The translations under genes and the position numbers were made by a program. Shown one piece after another: positions 61,776 to 64,000 of a stretch of DNA of 64,000 nt. This DNA comes from a virus, in IMG/VR virus record IMGVR_UViG_3300023176_007894, positions 1 through 64,000 of that record, one strand, 5' to 3'. Numbering within the stretch: position 1 is the first letter of the stretch; each line of letters starts with the position of its first letter. The notes beneath the pieces are model-generated. The model did no database searches and had not been told where the DNA came from. It worked only from the letters and a program-made list of their open reading frames with translations.

Positions 61776-63053
61776 TTATTTGATTAATTCTTCAATGACT
61801 CTGCCTCCGTCAACAATTTCCATAGGTCTATCACCAGGAGCCATCAACTCTTTATCTGCATTTATTCCAATTTGATTGTAAACTGTTTTTGCATAATCCA
61901 TTGGTGAAACGGGATTATCTTCTACGGTGGTTGCAAAAGCATCACTAGATCCATAAACAAAGCCTTGTTTGATTCCTCCTCCGGCAAGAACGCTACTGAA
62001 AACTCTGGGCCAATGGTCTCGGCCAGCATCTTTATTAATTTTAGGAGTTCTTCCAAATTCACTATTCACCATCACTAGGGTGCTCTCGAGAAGACCTCGA
62101 TCATCTAAATCAGAAATAAGAGATGCTAGCGCTTGGTCGAGAATTGAACCCTGCGTGCTGAATGCGTTTTCTATATTTTGATGATGATCCCAGCCTCCAT
62201 AGGTTAATGTTACCAATCTGACTCCTGCCTCAACAAGCCTTCTTGCCAAAAGCATTCTCATGCCAGCTTGATTTTTGCCATATTTTTCTTTAATTGACTC
62301 GCTTTCTTTTGATATATCAAAGGCTTCTCTAGCTTTAGGGCTGCTTATCATTTGGTATGCATTTTGATAAAATGTATCCATTGAAGATAATGCATCACTT
62401 TTTTCGAAAGAATTAAAATCTGATTCTATCATCTGTAAAAGACTTCTTCTTGAAGAAAATCTATTAAAGTCAATTCCTCCTGGAAGCTCTAGGTCTCTGA
62501 CTTTAAAGTTAGAGTTGGCGGGGTCGCTTCCAAGGCTAAAGGGAGAATATCTAGAGCTTAGATAACCAGAGCCTGCATACTGATTGGGCTGATTAGGAAT
62601 GCAAACGTAAGGTGGTAAATTTTCTCTGCCTCCTAATTCGTGAGATATAACAGAACCATAACTTGGATACTGTATCGCTGGGCTAGGCTTGTGGCCATTG
62701 AACATATTATGCGTGCCTCTTTCATGCGCTGCTTCTCCATGGGTTAGGCTTCTTACTACAGATATTTTATCTGCAATGTTGGCCATGTTTTTCATATTTT
62801 CGCTAAATTGAATACCTGGAATTTTTGTATCAATTGCCGAGAATGGTCCTCTGTATTCAAGCGGAGCATATGGTTTAGGATCCCAAGATTCTTGATGCGC
62901 CATTCCTCCTGGTAGATATATATGTATAATTGATTTTGCAGGCCCATCTATTGTTGGGTAATATTTTGCTTTTGCAATAGATTCTTGTTCAAGTAAATAT
63001 GGAAGTGAAAGAATGCCTGCGCTTCCTATTTTAATAAAGTTTTTTCTATTCAT
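61776..63053 (-). CDS. DUF1501-family protein with Tat-like signal
   Basis: NRKNF; IYLPGG..HQESWDPKP; LARRLVEAGV; GGWDHH; SEFGRTP; GRDHW. Confidence 0.9.
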   Translation of the reverse strand: MNRKNFIKIGSAGILSLPYLLEQESIAKAKYYPTIDGPAKSIIHIYLPGGMAHQESWDPKPYAPLEYRGPFSAIDTKIPGIQFSENMKNMANIADKISVVRSLTHGEAAHERGTHNMFNGHKPSPAIQYPSYGSVISHELGGRENLPPYVCIPNQPNQYAGSGYLSSRYSPFSLGSDPANSNFKVRDLELPGGIDFNRFSSRRSLLQMIESDFNSFEKSDALSSMDTFYQNAYQMISSPKAREAFDISKESESIKEKYGKNQAGMRMLLARRLVEAGVRLVTLTYGGWDHHQNIENAFSTQGSILDQALASLISDLDDRGLLESTLVMVNSEFGRTPKINKDAGRDHWPRVFSSVLAGGGIKQGFVYGSSDAFATTVEDNPVSPMDYAKTVYNQIGINADKELMAPGDRPMEIVDGGRVIEELIK

Positions 63054-64000
63054 TGTATAAATATAAATTCATGAGTGTTTAATAATATCCAAGATACATG
63101 TTTAAATCCATTTTTTTTATCTATAATGGGCTTTAACTCTTTTAGCTCTTTTGGGTTTGGTTGACGACCTAATATTGATAAGAATGCACTAACAATCTGA
63201 TCGTTGATTGTTTTTTCTCCTTCAATAAATTTCATAAAATCTGCATTTTTATTGTTTAGTATATTTTTTTCAACAAAACCGTTTAATAAATTTAAGACTT
63301 GAGTTGTGTTTGGCTCAAAGTTGCTGTTTTCGATTTGCTCTTTATCGCTTCCCCCAAATTGTCTTATCAGGTGTCCTCCTGGGGCTGGATATGGTAAGTA
63401 GCTACTTCGTATTAAGGATTTGTCTTTAAATTTTTTATTATCATTTTTTTCTTCTGATAATATCTGTAATAAATTTCGATTTTCTGGATGCATTTCGACA
63501 AGTCTTTTGAAGTCGTTATATATTGCTGTAGAGTTTAAGTCTTTGTATCTATTGTAAATGATTGAGTAGTCTTGATTATTTTGAATATAGAGTCTTTCTT
63601 TGGAGTCGATATTATTATATACTAGCGTAACTAAAGAGTCCCAGATTTGTTCGCCAGTCATTCTGCGCAATGGGGGTCCGGCGAAATGAAAATTTTCAAT
63701 ACTGGCGAAGTCTTCCTTGAAGCTTTTGCGCGAAAAAAGATCTGTGCTTAAAAGTATCCTTTTGAATTCTTTGGTGTCAAAGTCTAGGCTTATTATCAAT
63801 TTTTCAATGAACTTTAATAACTCTGGGTTGCTTGCAATTGTTTCATCGGTCATGGTGTCGATTGGTTCAATTAATCCAATTCCGAAAATTCTTTTCCATA
63901 ATCTGTTGCTAATAACTGTTGCAAATCTTGGATTGTCTTCGCTTGTGATCCAATTCGCAAAAATAATTCTGCTATTATCATTATCTTTTGGTAATGAAAT
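63050..64000 (-). CDS. DUF1553 (PSD1)-domain protein, probably DUF1549/DUF1553 type, 5' truncated by the window edge
   Basis: Frame is open to 64000: WITSEDNPRFATVISNRLWKRIFGIGLIEPID; RRMTGEQIWDS; LLNTHEF. Confidence 0.85.
   Translation of the reverse strand: MSLPKDNDNSRIIFANWITSEDNPRFATVISNRLWKRIFGIGLIEPIDTMTDETIASNPELLKFIEKLIISLDFDTKEFKRILLSTDLFSRKSFKEDFASIENFHFAGPPLRRMTGEQIWDSLVTLVYNNIDSKERLYIQNNQDYSIIYNRYKDLNSTAIYNDFKRLVEMHPENRNLLQILSEEKNDNKKFKDKSLIRSSYLPYPAPGGHLIRQFGGSDKEQIENSNFEPNTTQVLNLLNGFVEKNILNNKNADFMKFIEGEKTINDQIVSAFLSILGRQPNPKELKELKPIIDKKNGFKHVSWILLNTHEFIFIQ

Noticed and set aside
4054-62181. Many 60-180 aa alternate-frame or antisense ORFs nested in larger genes
   Set aside because: They overlap well-supported genes completely and have no motifs or initiation signals
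1-64000. Stop-codon reassignment suggested by the many short ORFs
   Set aside because: Core genes (terL, dnaE, nrdAB, ligase) are uninterrupted in the standard code, and the short ORFs have their own promoters or coupled starts

Overview
This is a 64 kb segment of a large, AT-rich tailed dsDNA phage. It encodes rIIA/rIIB, an ATP-dependent ligase, PhoH, a sigma-like factor, terminase large subunit, prohead protease/scaffold, major capsid protein, a ClpC-like ATPase, a split DnaE, NrdAB and tRNA-Ile2(CAT). The host is probably in the PVC group (Verrucomicrobia/Planctomycetes), inferred from a DUF1553 plus two-DUF1501 module and a Chlamydia-like NrdB. Layout: 1-25.3 kb holds dense, small, rightward early-type genes; 25.4-32.4 kb holds small leftward genes converging on them; 32.6-49.6 kb is structural, lysis and packaging; 49.6-64 kb is replication, nucleotide metabolism and the PVC module. 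Four signals stand out. (1) An inverted-arm element with a G-run/C-run core occurs 12 times between 19 and 32.4 kb, is usually fused to a promoter, and delimits gene cassettes that are visibly duplicated and shuffled. (2) An independently transcribed, highly structured, CCA-ended non-coding RNA of about 190-210 nt lies at 17.7 kb behind a boxB/boxA-like leader. (3) The expression code looks leaderless and two-tiered: sigma70 TTGAC boxes sit exactly 35 nt before ATGs of early genes, and a GTGTA motif sits 9-11 nt before ATGs of late genes. (4) An MraZ-box-like GTGG x4 array sits beside an AT-rich tract. All protein calls come from motif recognition by eye; no database searches were run.
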